Notes under the pieces: generated by a model
What the model saw: the letters and a program-made list of their open reading frames with translations, nothing else
The model's database searches: none
What the model was told of the DNA's origin: nothing
Virus record (IMG/VR): IMGVR_UViG_3300017730_000004
DNA: 20,000 nucleotides
Source: an uncultured virus (IMG/VR IMGVR_UViG_3300017730_000004)
Lineage: Duplodnaviria; Heunggongvirae; Uroviricota; Caudoviricetes
Reading direction: 5' to 3' (one strand)
Shown: piece after piece, positions 7,252 through 16,259 of the stretch
Numbering within the stretch: the first letter of the stretch is position 1
Layout: the number at the start of each line of letters is the position of its first letter
Position numbers and translations under genes: made by a program

Positions 7252-7505
7252 TAGTCTTCCCAAACGTCTCCGTGTTTTACGAACTCTGCAAGTTTGTCAT
7301 ATCCACCTATGTAAGTCCAAGTATTTTCTGTTTCTCTGACTCTGATTTGTGGAAAGGTTCTTGCAGTTGGAAACTCTTCAAAGAGTTCTTCTCTTGTGAA
7401 GTCTGTGTCCAACTGTTTGTAAGTGTATTCTAGTCCTTCTTTCTCACATAAAGCTTTTGCTTTATCACAGAATGGACATTGTGTTTTTCCAAATATTTCT
7501 ATCAT
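7251..7505 (-). CDS. nrdC: Glutaredoxin (T4 NrdC-like)
   Basis: CPFC active site, ARTFPQI cis-Pro motif, YIGGY. Lies downstream of nrdAB. Confidence 0.93.
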   Translation of the reverse strand: MIEIFGKTQCPFCDKAKALCEKEGLEYTYKQLDTDFTREELFEEFPTARTFPQIRVRETENTWTYIGGYDKLAEFVKHGDVWED

Positions 7506-7506
7506 A

Positions 7507-8118
7507 TTAAAATCCCGATATTTTTGTTAAATGTTTATATTCCAAGCATTTGTCACATTCACCACATTGGTTTGGGTAACCTAATGCACATGAATTGACG
7601 TATTGTCTTATATCCACTGGTATTGATGACCACTGTTCCATCTTGGTCATTCCACCAAGAGGTGGATAAAGTCTGTAGTTGTGATTCTTGTTCATCAACC
7701 TTGCATAGAATTCAAATACTATTTGAAACTCCCATGCACGTGGCACCCATGGCCAATCAGAATAGTGTTTATGGTCATCTGCATAGTTTATCATCCCACT
7801 GTTCACACCCCAATAGTATTCTTCTATATGTGGGAACTGAGTCAATGCACTTAAACATGCAATTGACCAATGTCTAGCAGAATGAAAGTATTCTTCTGAC
7901 CTTTCATCATGGTCATATTTAGGATGCTCATGAGTAATCAAATCTACATCCAACATATCACATATCTGTGTAATATTACTATGTAGTTGATTTGCTGTTG
8001 TGATGGGGTTGTCCCATAGTGAATGTAGTGCAATAGGTTTCTTACCTTTCTCTACACACCAGTTTAATAAAGCAGTAGATTCAACCCCACCACTGAACAT
8101 GACAACACAATCGTGCAT
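7507..8118 (-). CDS. QueC-like PP-loop ATPase
   Basis: VVMFSGGVEST PP-loop, PPLGGMTK, C-terminal SC-x6-CGECDKC zinc site as in QueC. Confidence 0.8.
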   Translation of the reverse strand: MHDCVVMFSGGVESTALLNWCVEKGKKPIALHSLWDNPITTANQLHSNITQICDMLDVDLITHEHPKYDHDERSEEYFHSARHWSIACLSALTQFPHIEEYYWGVNSGMINYADDHKHYSDWPWVPRAWEFQIVFEFYARLMNKNHNYRLYPPLGGMTKMEQWSSIPVDIRQYVNSCALGYPNQCGECDKCLEYKHLTKISGF

Positions 8119-9215
8119 TACAACTCAAAGCCTTCAAACGTATCGTCGTCTACGTCCTGTTTTATACCCCCAATTAGATAGGATTCTATTTCCGTCTCTT
8201 GTGGTGCATTCTGTAATCCTCTACTGTTGAACCAATGTGATGTCCAAGGTAAAGGGTTGTTTGTTGAAGAGATATCAAACAATGGATTCAGACCCAATGC
8301 ACGTAATCTTTTGTTTGCTGTGTACTCTACGTATTGTCCAAGTAATGCAGTAGATAGTCCAATCATAGAACCATCCTTAAATAAGAAGTCTGCCCAATCC
8401 TTTTCTTGTTGGACTGCATCACGATACATATCATATACTTCCTCTTCACATTCTTTCATGATTTTTAACATCATTTTGTCGTTCTCTTGTTTCTTATAAG
8501 CTTTAAGAATGTGTTGTGTGATTGCAAGATGTTGTGCTTCGTCTCTTGCAATAAGAGATATGATTTTTGCACTTCCTTCCATCTGTTTTAACTCACCAAA
8601 TGCAAAAGAACATGCAAAGGATACGAAGAAACGAACTCCTTCTAAGATGTTAACTGATACCAATGCAAGGTATAATGCTTTCTTAAGCTCGTAATCATCA
8701 ACTTTAAGACCTAGTAATCTACGTCTTCCTAGTTGTATAAACTTATCATACTTTTCTGTTACCTGTTCTGCTCTAGCTACAATTGCTGGTTCGTCTAGGA
8801 TTGTGTCAAATATCTCACTAGGGTCACTATAAACATTCTTTATAATATGAGTATAACTTCGTGAATGAATAGTCTCCATGAAATCCCATGTGATAATACA
8901 AGACTCAAGTTCAGGCAGGCTCACAAACGGTAAGAATGCTATGGATGGAGCTCTTCCTTGAACTGAGTCGAGTAAAGTTTGATACCTCAAGTTAGAGGTA
9001 AAGATGTGTTTCTGTGCGTCAGAAAGTGTTTGGTAATCACCTCTATCTTTCTGTAGGGATACCTCTTCGGGTCTCCAAAAGAATGATAGTTGTGTCTGTG
9101 TTAGTTTGTCAAATATAGGATACTTGAATGTGTCAAATCTTTGCGTGTTTAATTCCTCACCGAAGAACATGGACTCTTTTGTAAAATCTACATTTTTTTT
9201 GTTAAATACTGTCAT
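8118..9215 (-). CDS. nrdB: Ribonucleotide reductase class Ia beta subunit
   Basis: FFWRPEEVSL, LLDSVQGR, ETIHSRSY (radical Tyr), LEGVRF, RDEAQH diiron ligands, APQETEIESY C-terminus. Uninterrupted. Confidence 0.98.
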   Translation of the reverse strand: MTVFNKKNVDFTKESMFFGEELNTQRFDTFKYPIFDKLTQTQLSFFWRPEEVSLQKDRGDYQTLSDAQKHIFTSNLRYQTLLDSVQGRAPSIAFLPFVSLPELESCIITWDFMETIHSRSYTHIIKNVYSDPSEIFDTILDEPAIVARAEQVTEKYDKFIQLGRRRLLGLKVDDYELKKALYLALVSVNILEGVRFFVSFACSFAFGELKQMEGSAKIISLIARDEAQHLAITQHILKAYKKQENDKMMLKIMKECEEEVYDMYRDAVQQEKDWADFLFKDGSMIGLSTALLGQYVEYTANKRLRALGLNPLFDISSTNNPLPWTSHWFNSRGLQNAPQETEIESYLIGGIKQDVDDDTFEGFEL

Positions 9216-10204
9216 TCCTTCACGGCCCTCTTTTTTCTTGTGTCTAATTCAAAATCATCATAATTATTTGCAAAGTTAGCTTTCTTATCTACTACGTTAT
9301 GATATATGTTTGCAAACTCTTTAAACCTTTTTTTGGTTTTACCTGTTTCTGCATCATTATATACACCAGTTTCAACATTGTATGTCTCATCTGCATATCT
9401 ATGTGGTCTTCCATCAAACGATAGTGCAAAATGGTCTTCCATATCTGTATGCATTTTGTCTATGTTCAACAACTTACTATCTTCATTGAAGAAGTGTAAG
9501 AAGATGTGATACGAGTAGTCACCTACTAAGTAATCTCTCCAGTGTATTACATTAGGCCCTTGATATAATAAAACATCACCAGGCTCTAAACTTATTGGAA
9601 TACCTCTTCTATTTCTATGTGATATCCCTTGAGATATATCATACACTTCATCCATGCAACCCATGTCGACATAGTTATCATCATTCTGTACCCATATCTT
9701 CCATGGTGCATTATCATCTGTTTTATAATCTAAACAGATTGTTGCACTTATTTCACATGATGGTCTATCAGTGTGAGCTCTTAGATATGCACCTCTTTCA
9801 TATTTCCGAGTGTAAGAGTATGTTTCTCTTAACCCCATATCAATTACGTTATCTAATTTTTCCTTTAGCCATCTATGTAGGGAAACTGCCATCGGAGTGC
9901 AGTAATTAGCTTTAGATTTTCCTAAAGAATCTTTAGGTGAGTTTTGAGTGATTTCATGTTCTCTTTTGAATATTGCTTCATCCCATGCACCATTGTGTTC
10001 AATAGTCTTCCATGTATCTAATGATAAGTTAATAATATCTTTAGGAATGAAATTACGTAAGACAACAAACCTGTCTTTCATTAAGTCCCAAGTTAGTTGA
10101 TTGGTTCTACCACTTATTCTTAAATGGTTCTCTCCATCCTTATCCATTCTCTCGTCGTCGGGATACGTATATATTACAGTCTTTTCATCATATGGCACAG
10201 GCAT
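9212..10204 (-). CDS. 2OG-Fe(II) oxygenase
   Basis: YSYTRKY, HTDRPSCEISATICL (HxD), PGDVLLYQG, HWRD, IFLHF. Start likely MPVPY at 10204. Confidence 0.85.
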   Translation of the reverse strand: MPVPYDEKTVIYTYPDDERMDKDGENHLRISGRTNQLTWDLMKDRFVVLRNFIPKDIINLSLDTWKTIEHNGAWDEAIFKREHEITQNSPKDSLGKSKANYCTPMAVSLHRWLKEKLDNVIDMGLRETYSYTRKYERGAYLRAHTDRPSCEISATICLDYKTDDNAPWKIWVQNDDNYVDMGCMDEVYDISQGISHRNRRGIPISLEPGDVLLYQGPNVIHWRDYLVGDYSYHIFLHFFNEDSKLLNIDKMHTDMEDHFALSFDGRPHRYADETYNVETGVYNDAETGKTKKRFKEFANIYHNVVDKKANFANNYDDFELDTRKKRAVKE

Positions 10205-12506
10205 CGCAATCTTCCTCATCTTCACTTGGTGCAGAATGCATCATTGGTGGTATGTAATCATTAGACGCTGAATTAGGGTCTGTAACTACATCCTCTACTT
10301 TACCATCCATTGTGTTTTGGTAATATGATGTCTTCCATCCATACTTGTATGTGTTCAACATGTCTTGAGCCATGACTGATACTGGTACTTCACCCTTGTC
10401 ATAATTTTCGGGGTTGTAAGACCAGTTACCACTAATCGCTTGGTCAAAGAACTTTTGCATCACTGCAAGTACTTTAATATATCCTTCATTACTAGGCATA
10501 TCCCATAGTAACGTGTAATTGTTTTTAAGTATACTATACTGTGGAACTACCTGTTTTAGGGTTCCTTTTTTACTTTTCTTGACTGAAAGGTAATCTCTAG
10601 GGGGTTCTACTCCATTCGTTGCATTAGAGACCACGCTAGAGGACTCTGAAGGCATCTGTGCAGTAAGAGTTGAGTGTCTTAGACCATGTACTTTGATGCA
10701 TGTTCTAAGTTTATCCCAGTCACATTGTAACTCATTTGGTGTGATACTGTCAACATCCTTTTTATAGGTATCGATGGGTAATATTCCTTGTGCATACTTA
10801 GTTTTATGGAAGTATTCACATGCACCTTTCTCGGATGCAATCTGATTAGATGATTTTAATAACTCGTACTGGAATCTCTCGGTTAGTTCATGTACTAATC
10901 TATGTGCTTCGGGGTCATCGTACTTAACCTTATTCTTTGCAAGGAAATGTGCAAGACCAATGTATCCTATTCCTAATGAACGTCTTGCTCTTGTTGATTT
11001 CTCAGCTGCAATCACTGGATATTTCTGATAGTCTATTAGTTCTTCTAACCCTCTAACTGCAAGGTCACATAAAGTACTAAGTTCATCAAAGTTCTTTAAG
11101 ATACCTATGTTAACTGCAGATAGGATGCACAACGCAATCTCACCTTCCCCATCAATATGACTGATAGGGTCGGTGGGTAGTGTTATCTCTTGACATAAGT
11201 TACTCATGTTAACCTTGTCGATAAAACTACTATGCGTATTGCAATGGTCTATATTCATAATGTAAATACGGCCAGTCTCTGCTCTTTCTTTTAATAAACT
11301 TGTAAATAATTCTCTTGCACCAATCTTCTGTTTAGGAATACTGGTTGCACGTTCATACTTTTCATAGAGTTCATCAAACTCTGGCGTTCCAAACGCCTCG
11401 TATAAACCTTTAACATCATGTGGTGAGAATAATGATATATCTTCATTCTTTAAGAATCTCTTATAGAATAGTTCTGATATCTGTATAGAGTAATCTAACT
11501 TTCTTACTCTGTTGTCCTCTGTTCCTTTATTGTTTTTAAGTACGAGGATATCTTCGATTTCTTGATGCCAGATTGGGAAATGTACCGTTGCACTTCCACC
11601 TCGGACGCCATTCTGTGTGCAACTCATAACCGTTGCTTCAAATTTCTTAAGAAAAGGGACAACTCCAGTATGTTGAACTTCTCCACCACGTATCTTTGAC
11701 CCAATTCCTCTAATTCTTCCTGCGTTAATTCCAATTCCAGCTCTTTGTGCAACGTATTTTCCGATTGCCATGTCACTCGAAAAGATTGAATCGAGTGTGT
11801 CGTCTGAGTCAACCAAGACGCATGATGCAAATTGTCTGAGTGGAGTTCTGACCCCTGCCATGATGGGTGTGGGTATGTTAATTTTAAACTGTGATATGGC
11901 ATCATAATATCCTTTGACATAACTTAATCTACTCTCTTTATAATCTTTAAATAACGTCATTGCAATCATCATGTACATGAACTGTGGTGTTTCATATAAT
12001 GTGTTACTTGACCTGTCTTGTACCAAATACTTGTCCACAATTTGTTGTAGACCAGCATATGTAAAGTCTAAATCTCTTTGGTGTCTTATAAACCTATTAC
12101 ACTGATTTATTTCATCTTCAGTATAATAATTAAGAATGTCTTTATCATACACACCGTAATCTATATTTCTATTGATAATATCCAATAATGGTGGATAGAT
12201 TTCTGAGTCTTTCCACTTGGTGTTAAAGACCTGTTTCTGTACACCAAATAGTAATAATCTTGCAGCTACAAACTGATAGTTTGGATTGTCCAGTGAAATT
12301 AAATCACTTGCACTTTTTACAAGGATTTGTTGTATGTCTTTTGTTGTAATACCATCATAAAATTGTAAACCACTATTCATCTCGACGGATGATTCTGATA
12401 CACCTGTAATATCTTTACAAGCTTTCTCCATCATTCTATGAATCTTTTCCAAGTCAATGTTCATTTTTGAACCGTCAGACTTGATTACCTTGAACTCTGC
12501 ATTCAT
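10188..12506 (-). CDS. nrdA: Ribonucleotide reductase class Ia alpha subunit with ATP cone
   Basis: VIKSDG ATP cone, PTPIMAG, QFASCVL, CTQNGVRGG, SNLCQEI catalytic motif, MPSESSS, KTSYY, terminal CDAC. No intron or intein. Confidence 0.98.
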   Translation of the reverse strand: MNAEFKVIKSDGSKMNIDLEKIHRMMEKACKDITGVSESSVEMNSGLQFYDGITTKDIQQILVKSASDLISLDNPNYQFVAARLLLFGVQKQVFNTKWKDSEIYPPLLDIINRNIDYGVYDKDILNYYTEDEINQCNRFIRHQRDLDFTYAGLQQIVDKYLVQDRSSNTLYETPQFMYMMIAMTLFKDYKESRLSYVKGYYDAISQFKINIPTPIMAGVRTPLRQFASCVLVDSDDTLDSIFSSDMAIGKYVAQRAGIGINAGRIRGIGSKIRGGEVQHTGVVPFLKKFEATVMSCTQNGVRGGSATVHFPIWHQEIEDILVLKNNKGTEDNRVRKLDYSIQISELFYKRFLKNEDISLFSPHDVKGLYEAFGTPEFDELYEKYERATSIPKQKIGARELFTSLLKERAETGRIYIMNIDHCNTHSSFIDKVNMSNLCQEITLPTDPISHIDGEGEIALCILSAVNIGILKNFDELSTLCDLAVRGLEELIDYQKYPVIAAEKSTRARRSLGIGYIGLAHFLAKNKVKYDDPEAHRLVHELTERFQYELLKSSNQIASEKGACEYFHKTKYAQGILPIDTYKKDVDSITPNELQCDWDKLRTCIKVHGLRHSTLTAQMPSESSSVVSNATNGVEPPRDYLSVKKSKKGTLKQVVPQYSILKNNYTLLWDMPSNEGYIKVLAVMQKFFDQAISGNWSYNPENYDKGEVPVSVMAQDMLNTYKYGWKTSYYQNTMDGKVEDVVTDPNSASNDYIPPMMHSAPSEDEEDCDACAI

Positions 12507-13540
12507 ATTTTCTTGTACTCCATAAGTTTTAAGTTTGCCGAAAGACCTTCAAATGTACAAGCATTAATGATATCTATTATTTCACTTTGACTCAATCCAC
12601 TCATTATCATATCGTTTATATCTTTACAGTTTGCAATACGTCTGTCGTCCCATATGCAAACTTTATATCCTAACTCAATTACTTCCTTAAGCTTCTTGAG
12701 TATCTCTTCATTACGAGGTTCATTATCATAAATGATAATTGCATTATCTTTTATACCATCGTCTATTTTCTTAAAGTCACTACCCCCGACTGCAATACTA
12801 TTGGGTAGGAATAAACTATCTATAGGGCCTTCGGTAACATAGATAGTTTTTGTCTTGTCCACATTTTCTATGTTATAGATGAGTGGAACATCATCTAGGA
12901 GCCTCATTGTAAGGTATCGTAATGGTGAGTCATTAATTGCTCTACCCGATACTCCTACGAGTTCCCCATCCTCTTTAAAGAATGGTAATATTATTCTTGG
13001 GTCTGTCCCAAGAACTCTGTCTTTATACTTCTCATGAAGAAGACCAAGAGTTTGTGCTGACTCTACAAACCATAGAGTGTCAATCTTGTCTTCGGGAACT
13101 TTCCTGTTCTGTAGATATTCTCTTGCAACTTGTTTCTCTCTAGCAGGAAACATAATCGCTGACAAGTCAACTTTAATCATATTTAGTAATTCTGTTTTTG
13201 GAGTGAACTTGAATTCATTTGCACTTGGCATCTTATGACCCGAGGCATGTTTTTTAGGTTTCTTACCACTCTCTGTTAACCATTCTTTAATGTACTCTTT
13301 ATGTAGTACAGGGAAATGGTCTTTGATAAAATTTACACTAGATGTGGATTTACCACAATTGTGACATTTGTATATAAAACTTTGTTCTACAACGAAATGA
13401 TACCCACGTGCTTTGTGTTTATTCTTTTGAGAATCTCCACAATATAAACACCTGTGATTCAGTGTTGTATCACCCTTCCATTTTGCAAGCTCTAGAGAAC
13501 CCACACACATAGAAAGATATTTTCTTTCTAACCATAGCAT
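12503..13540 (-). CDS. gp61: DNA primase (T4 gp61-like)
   Basis: RCLYCGDS...KARGY...YKCHNCG zinc-binding domain, RIILPF, GRA, TEGPIDSLF TOPRIM, YDNEPRN, KDINDM. Start reassigned to MLWLERKY at 13540. Confidence 0.96.
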   Translation of the reverse strand: MLWLERKYLSMCVGSLELAKWKGDTTLNHRCLYCGDSQKNKHKARGYHFVVEQSFIYKCHNCGKSTSSVNFIKDHFPVLHKEYIKEWLTESGKKPKKHASGHKMPSANEFKFTPKTELLNMIKVDLSAIMFPAREKQVAREYLQNRKVPEDKIDTLWFVESAQTLGLLHEKYKDRVLGTDPRIILPFFKEDGELVGVSGRAINDSPLRYLTMRLLDDVPLIYNIENVDKTKTIYVTEGPIDSLFLPNSIAVGGSDFKKIDDGIKDNAIIIYDNEPRNEEILKKLKEVIELGYKVCIWDDRRIANCKDINDMIMSGLSQSEIIDIINACTFEGLSANLKLMEYKKI

Positions 13541-13546
13541 ACATTC

Positions 13547-13575
13547 ATTATACATGAATACATGCTAAAATACAA
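13547..13575 (-). promoter_or_regulatory. Sigma70-type promoter for primase-nrd operon
   Basis: TTGTAT (13575-13570), 17-nt spacer, TATAAT (13552-13547), intergenic. Confidence 0.72.
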
Positions 13576-13593
13576 GGTGTTTTTTAAACTAAA

Positions 13594-13779
13594 TTAACCG
13601 TCGATTAGAGCTTGAACACGTGCTACTTCTGTGTCCCAAGCTGCTTTTGAAGTGTCATATGATGTCTGAGCAAGAGCTCTTCCATCTGTTCCTTCTGCTG
13701 GAGCTCCGTCCATACTTGGTTCTGTTGCTACCAATTCTGCCATAAACTCTGTTAGAGTCATAGAATCTGATATTGCCAT
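13594..13779 (-). CDS. Small acidic hypothetical protein
   Basis: 61 aa, TAATG coupling with upstream gene, GGAG RBS. Confidence 0.75.
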   Translation of the reverse strand: MAISDSMTLTEFMAELVATEPSMDGAPAEGTDGRALAQTSYDTSKAAWDTEVARVQALIDG

Positions 13780-14249
13780 TATACTTCTCCGTTATGTTCT
13801 GTTGTTGGTTCTTCTACTTGATGTTCTTCATGAGACATTTCTTCTTCCATTTCATGAATAGGAGCCATATAAGCTGCCCAGTCGTTTGACCAATCATCTT
13901 CTTCAGTTCTCATCCACTCACCTGCTACTGAGTCGTAACATGCATCTGTATCGATGTTAGTAGACAAGTTATACTCGTCTTCATCCATGTCATTTGGTTG
14001 CATCCAACACTGGTAGATACAATCCCAATAAGCATCTTCACCAAACCCTTCTGGGCATGGGTGAGTTGGTGTTTCGGGATGGATATAATCACCTTCACTA
14101 GACTCTGTGAATACTACAGAATAGTCCTCGACATTTTCTTCTTCGTGTGGTATATTACCAAGTGTATGTTCAATATCTAACAACATTCCACGAATGTCGT
14201 ATAGTAAGTGTTCGATTTTTAGACGAGGGTCTAAGTATTTGTCTGACAT
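13779..14249 (-). CDS. Highly acidic, His/Cys/Trp-containing hypothetical protein
   Basis: 156 aa, AGGAG RBS, late promoter upstream. Confidence 0.8.
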   Translation of the reverse strand: MSDKYLDPRLKIEHLLYDIRGMLLDIEHTLGNIPHEEENVEDYSVVFTESSEGDYIHPETPTHPCPEGFGEDAYWDCIYQCWMQPNDMDEDEYNLSTNIDTDACYDSVAGEWMRTEEDDWSNDWAAYMAPIHEMEEEMSHEEHQVEEPTTEHNGEV

Positions 14250-14264
14250 GATTTCTCCTAGAAA

Positions 14265-14283
14265 TATTTATAATTGTATTTAG
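14265..14283 (-). promoter_or_regulatory. Tandem late promoters CTAAATA (14283-14277) and TATAAATA (14272-14265)
   Basis: Perfect T4 late consensus just ahead of the RBS of ORF 13779-14249. Confidence 0.72.
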
Positions 14284-15455
14284 TCTTTTTGAAGTTTCTT
14301 CACTCTCTTTTTTGGTACTTGAAGCACAATTCTTTGTGTTTCTCTTAACTTTTTAGTATGTCCTTTTCCTTGTATCAATCCTAATGATGTAACCAATAAT
14401 AGAATTGCCAGCGGGTCAAATACAAAAATCAGCATGTAAATTACCCATCGAACCGCGTTGTCAAGGTACTTGACAGAATCCTCTTGTCCGTATATTACCT
14501 CTGCAATATACTTGATTGGGCCCACTTCACGTTCTAAATTGAGGATAATTTGTTTACTCTCAAACATCTCGTCTTTGTATTCATCTATTATATCATAGGA
14601 CTCATCAATCAACAAGTTGAATTCATCGGTCTTTGCAATTATCTCATTTGAATCACCTGTAGATGATTGTTGTAATCTCTTTATCTCTACATTTGCATCA
14701 TCAATAGTCTTCTGTGCTTGAGCTCTATAACGGTCAATGTTACTCTGTTGTTCTGCAATGTCATCTCTTATCTGTTCTCTTTGAGTTGATTGTTGGTCAA
14801 ACAACGTATTTGCCTGTTGAACATAGTCTATAACTTCTAACTCATCCTGTGTAAATACTCCCCCTTCTGAGGTAGTAATAGTCTCAATCCCTTTCTCTCT
14901 AAGATTGCTTACAGCCGTGTCTAGTGCAGTCACAGAACCCCTTAGAGATGTTATTTGACCCTTTGCATAGTCTATATCCCCTTGAACTCTGTCCCATGCA
15001 CCATCTCTAATAGTTTCTTGTTGTTTGATAGACTCTGATACATCTATCTTTGCACCCCCAAGATTGTCTATCCTGTCTTGATAGGTTTGTATCTTGTTCT
15101 CTTCCCTTGCAATCTGATTCTCGATTCTATCAACAATAGATTGTGCTTGTGCAGTATCCCCTGTTTGTTCTGAATGTGCTTTTGATAGGTATCCAAATAT
15201 ACCCAGTGATGTAATTAACATGAGAACGAATACTGAAAATACAAGATAGTATTTCATGTAATTGAGTTTTTCCCATGCAAGATGTAGATAAGCTGCAGTT
15301 ACGACTTTACCAAATTCTAAAGCACCTGCCATAATTACAACACCCATGAAGGCACCAGCAAATATTGTTGCAAGACCTAACACTGAGAAATATGCAGCTA
15401 TTGATGCAATTCCTAGGGACGTAATTACCGCGAGGTAATTCAAAAATCTGTTCAT
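14280..15455 (-). CDS. Membrane protein with three N-terminal TM helices, long coiled coil and C-terminal TM helix
   Basis: AAYFSVLGL, LEFGKVV, ITSLGIFGYLSKAH, EVGPIKYIAE, IFVFDPLAILLL. Recalled as a conserved hypothetical of large T4-like phages. Confidence 0.8.
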   Translation of the reverse strand: MNRFLNYLAVITSLGIASIAAYFSVLGLATIFAGAFMGVVIMAGALEFGKVVTAAYLHLAWEKLNYMKYYLVFSVFVLMLITSLGIFGYLSKAHSEQTGDTAQAQSIVDRIENQIAREENKIQTYQDRIDNLGGAKIDVSESIKQQETIRDGAWDRVQGDIDYAKGQITSLRGSVTALDTAVSNLREKGIETITTSEGGVFTQDELEVIDYVQQANTLFDQQSTQREQIRDDIAEQQSNIDRYRAQAQKTIDDANVEIKRLQQSSTGDSNEIIAKTDEFNLLIDESYDIIDEYKDEMFESKQIILNLEREVGPIKYIAEVIYGQEDSVKYLDNAVRWVIYMLIFVFDPLAILLLVTSLGLIQGKGHTKKLRETQRIVLQVPKKRVKKLQKD

Positions 15456-15458
15456 AAT

Positions 15459-16259
15459 CTATCTCTTGATGTTTCTACGCAAGAGAGTATATAAAGCATT
15501 TGGTTCATACTTTTTATTTCTTTTATATCTCTTCTTGAAACCAATACTACTTGCATCGGTTGAAACAGCTGCACCAGTGGCATTCATAGGTGCATCTTCT
15601 TTTAATTTTCCGAAGTTCATGAATTCCATGAGTTCGGATGCAAGTTTTACTCCTGCTTCATAATCTGAAGGATAGTGTAATCCTGCTATAACTCTACCAA
15701 ACCCACTAATCTTTGCACCGTTCATTAATCCAGCACGGTGTTGTGGGTATAATCTACTATAATACTCTGCAACTACAAATGGTTGGACTGTATGTCCACT
15801 TGGGTATGAAGGTGTCTTTGCAGTATCGGTTACATATCTTTCAAAATCCATACCTAATTCTTCTGCAACTTGATATGGTCTTGCACGATTGAAGTGATTC
15901 TTATGATGTTTGATTATAGGCTTACACTGGTCTTCAAGATACTCTACATCATCTACATCATAATCTAAGTCCTCTTTATTCATATATTCTTTGATATAAT
16001 AAGTTGAATCTTCATCACATTTAAGATATTCTTCTTTTTGTTCTTCTGTTGCACCTGTAACGTGTTTCTGTATTTCTTGCAATTCTTTAACAACTGCATT
16101 ACCTTTAGGAAACTGTCCTAACATTATAGTCTCCCAACCTTCACTCCATATCTCTAGGTTTTTGTACTTTGCTTTTTTAAGTTCTTCTTGTGGTTTGAAG
16201 ACCATATGGTCTATGTCTTCATCTAGAAAAACTGAGAGGTGTTTATTAGTATACGTCAT
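15459..16259 (-). CDS. PAP2-superfamily phosphatase (acid phosphatase/vanadium haloperoxidase-like)
   Basis: K-x6-RP (KNHFNRARP), PSYPSGH, R-x5-H-x3-D (RVIAGLHYPSD): all three PAP2 motifs. Confidence 0.9.
   Translation of the reverse strand: MTYTNKHLSVFLDEDIDHMVFKPQEELKKAKYKNLEIWSEGWETIMLGQFPKGNAVVKELQEIQKHVTGATEEQKEEYLKCDEDSTYYIKEYMNKEDLDYDVDDVEYLEDQCKPIIKHHKNHFNRARPYQVAEELGMDFERYVTDTAKTPSYPSGHTVQPFVVAEYYSRLYPQHRAGLMNGAKISGFGRVIAGLHYPSDYEAGVKLASELMEFMNFGKLKEDAPMNATGAAVSTDASSIGFKKRYKRNKKYEPNALYTLLRRNIKR

Noticed and set aside
7507..8118. Calling a complete 7-deazaguanine DNA modification system or a Qat/CBASS defence system
   Set aside because: Only a lone QueC-like gene is visible and no partner genes are in the window.
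11624..11920. Minus-strand 98-aa ORF inside nrdA, possible intron/homing endonuclease
   Set aside because: nrdA is continuous and full length, and the ORF has no HNH, GIY-YIG or LAGLIDADG motif.
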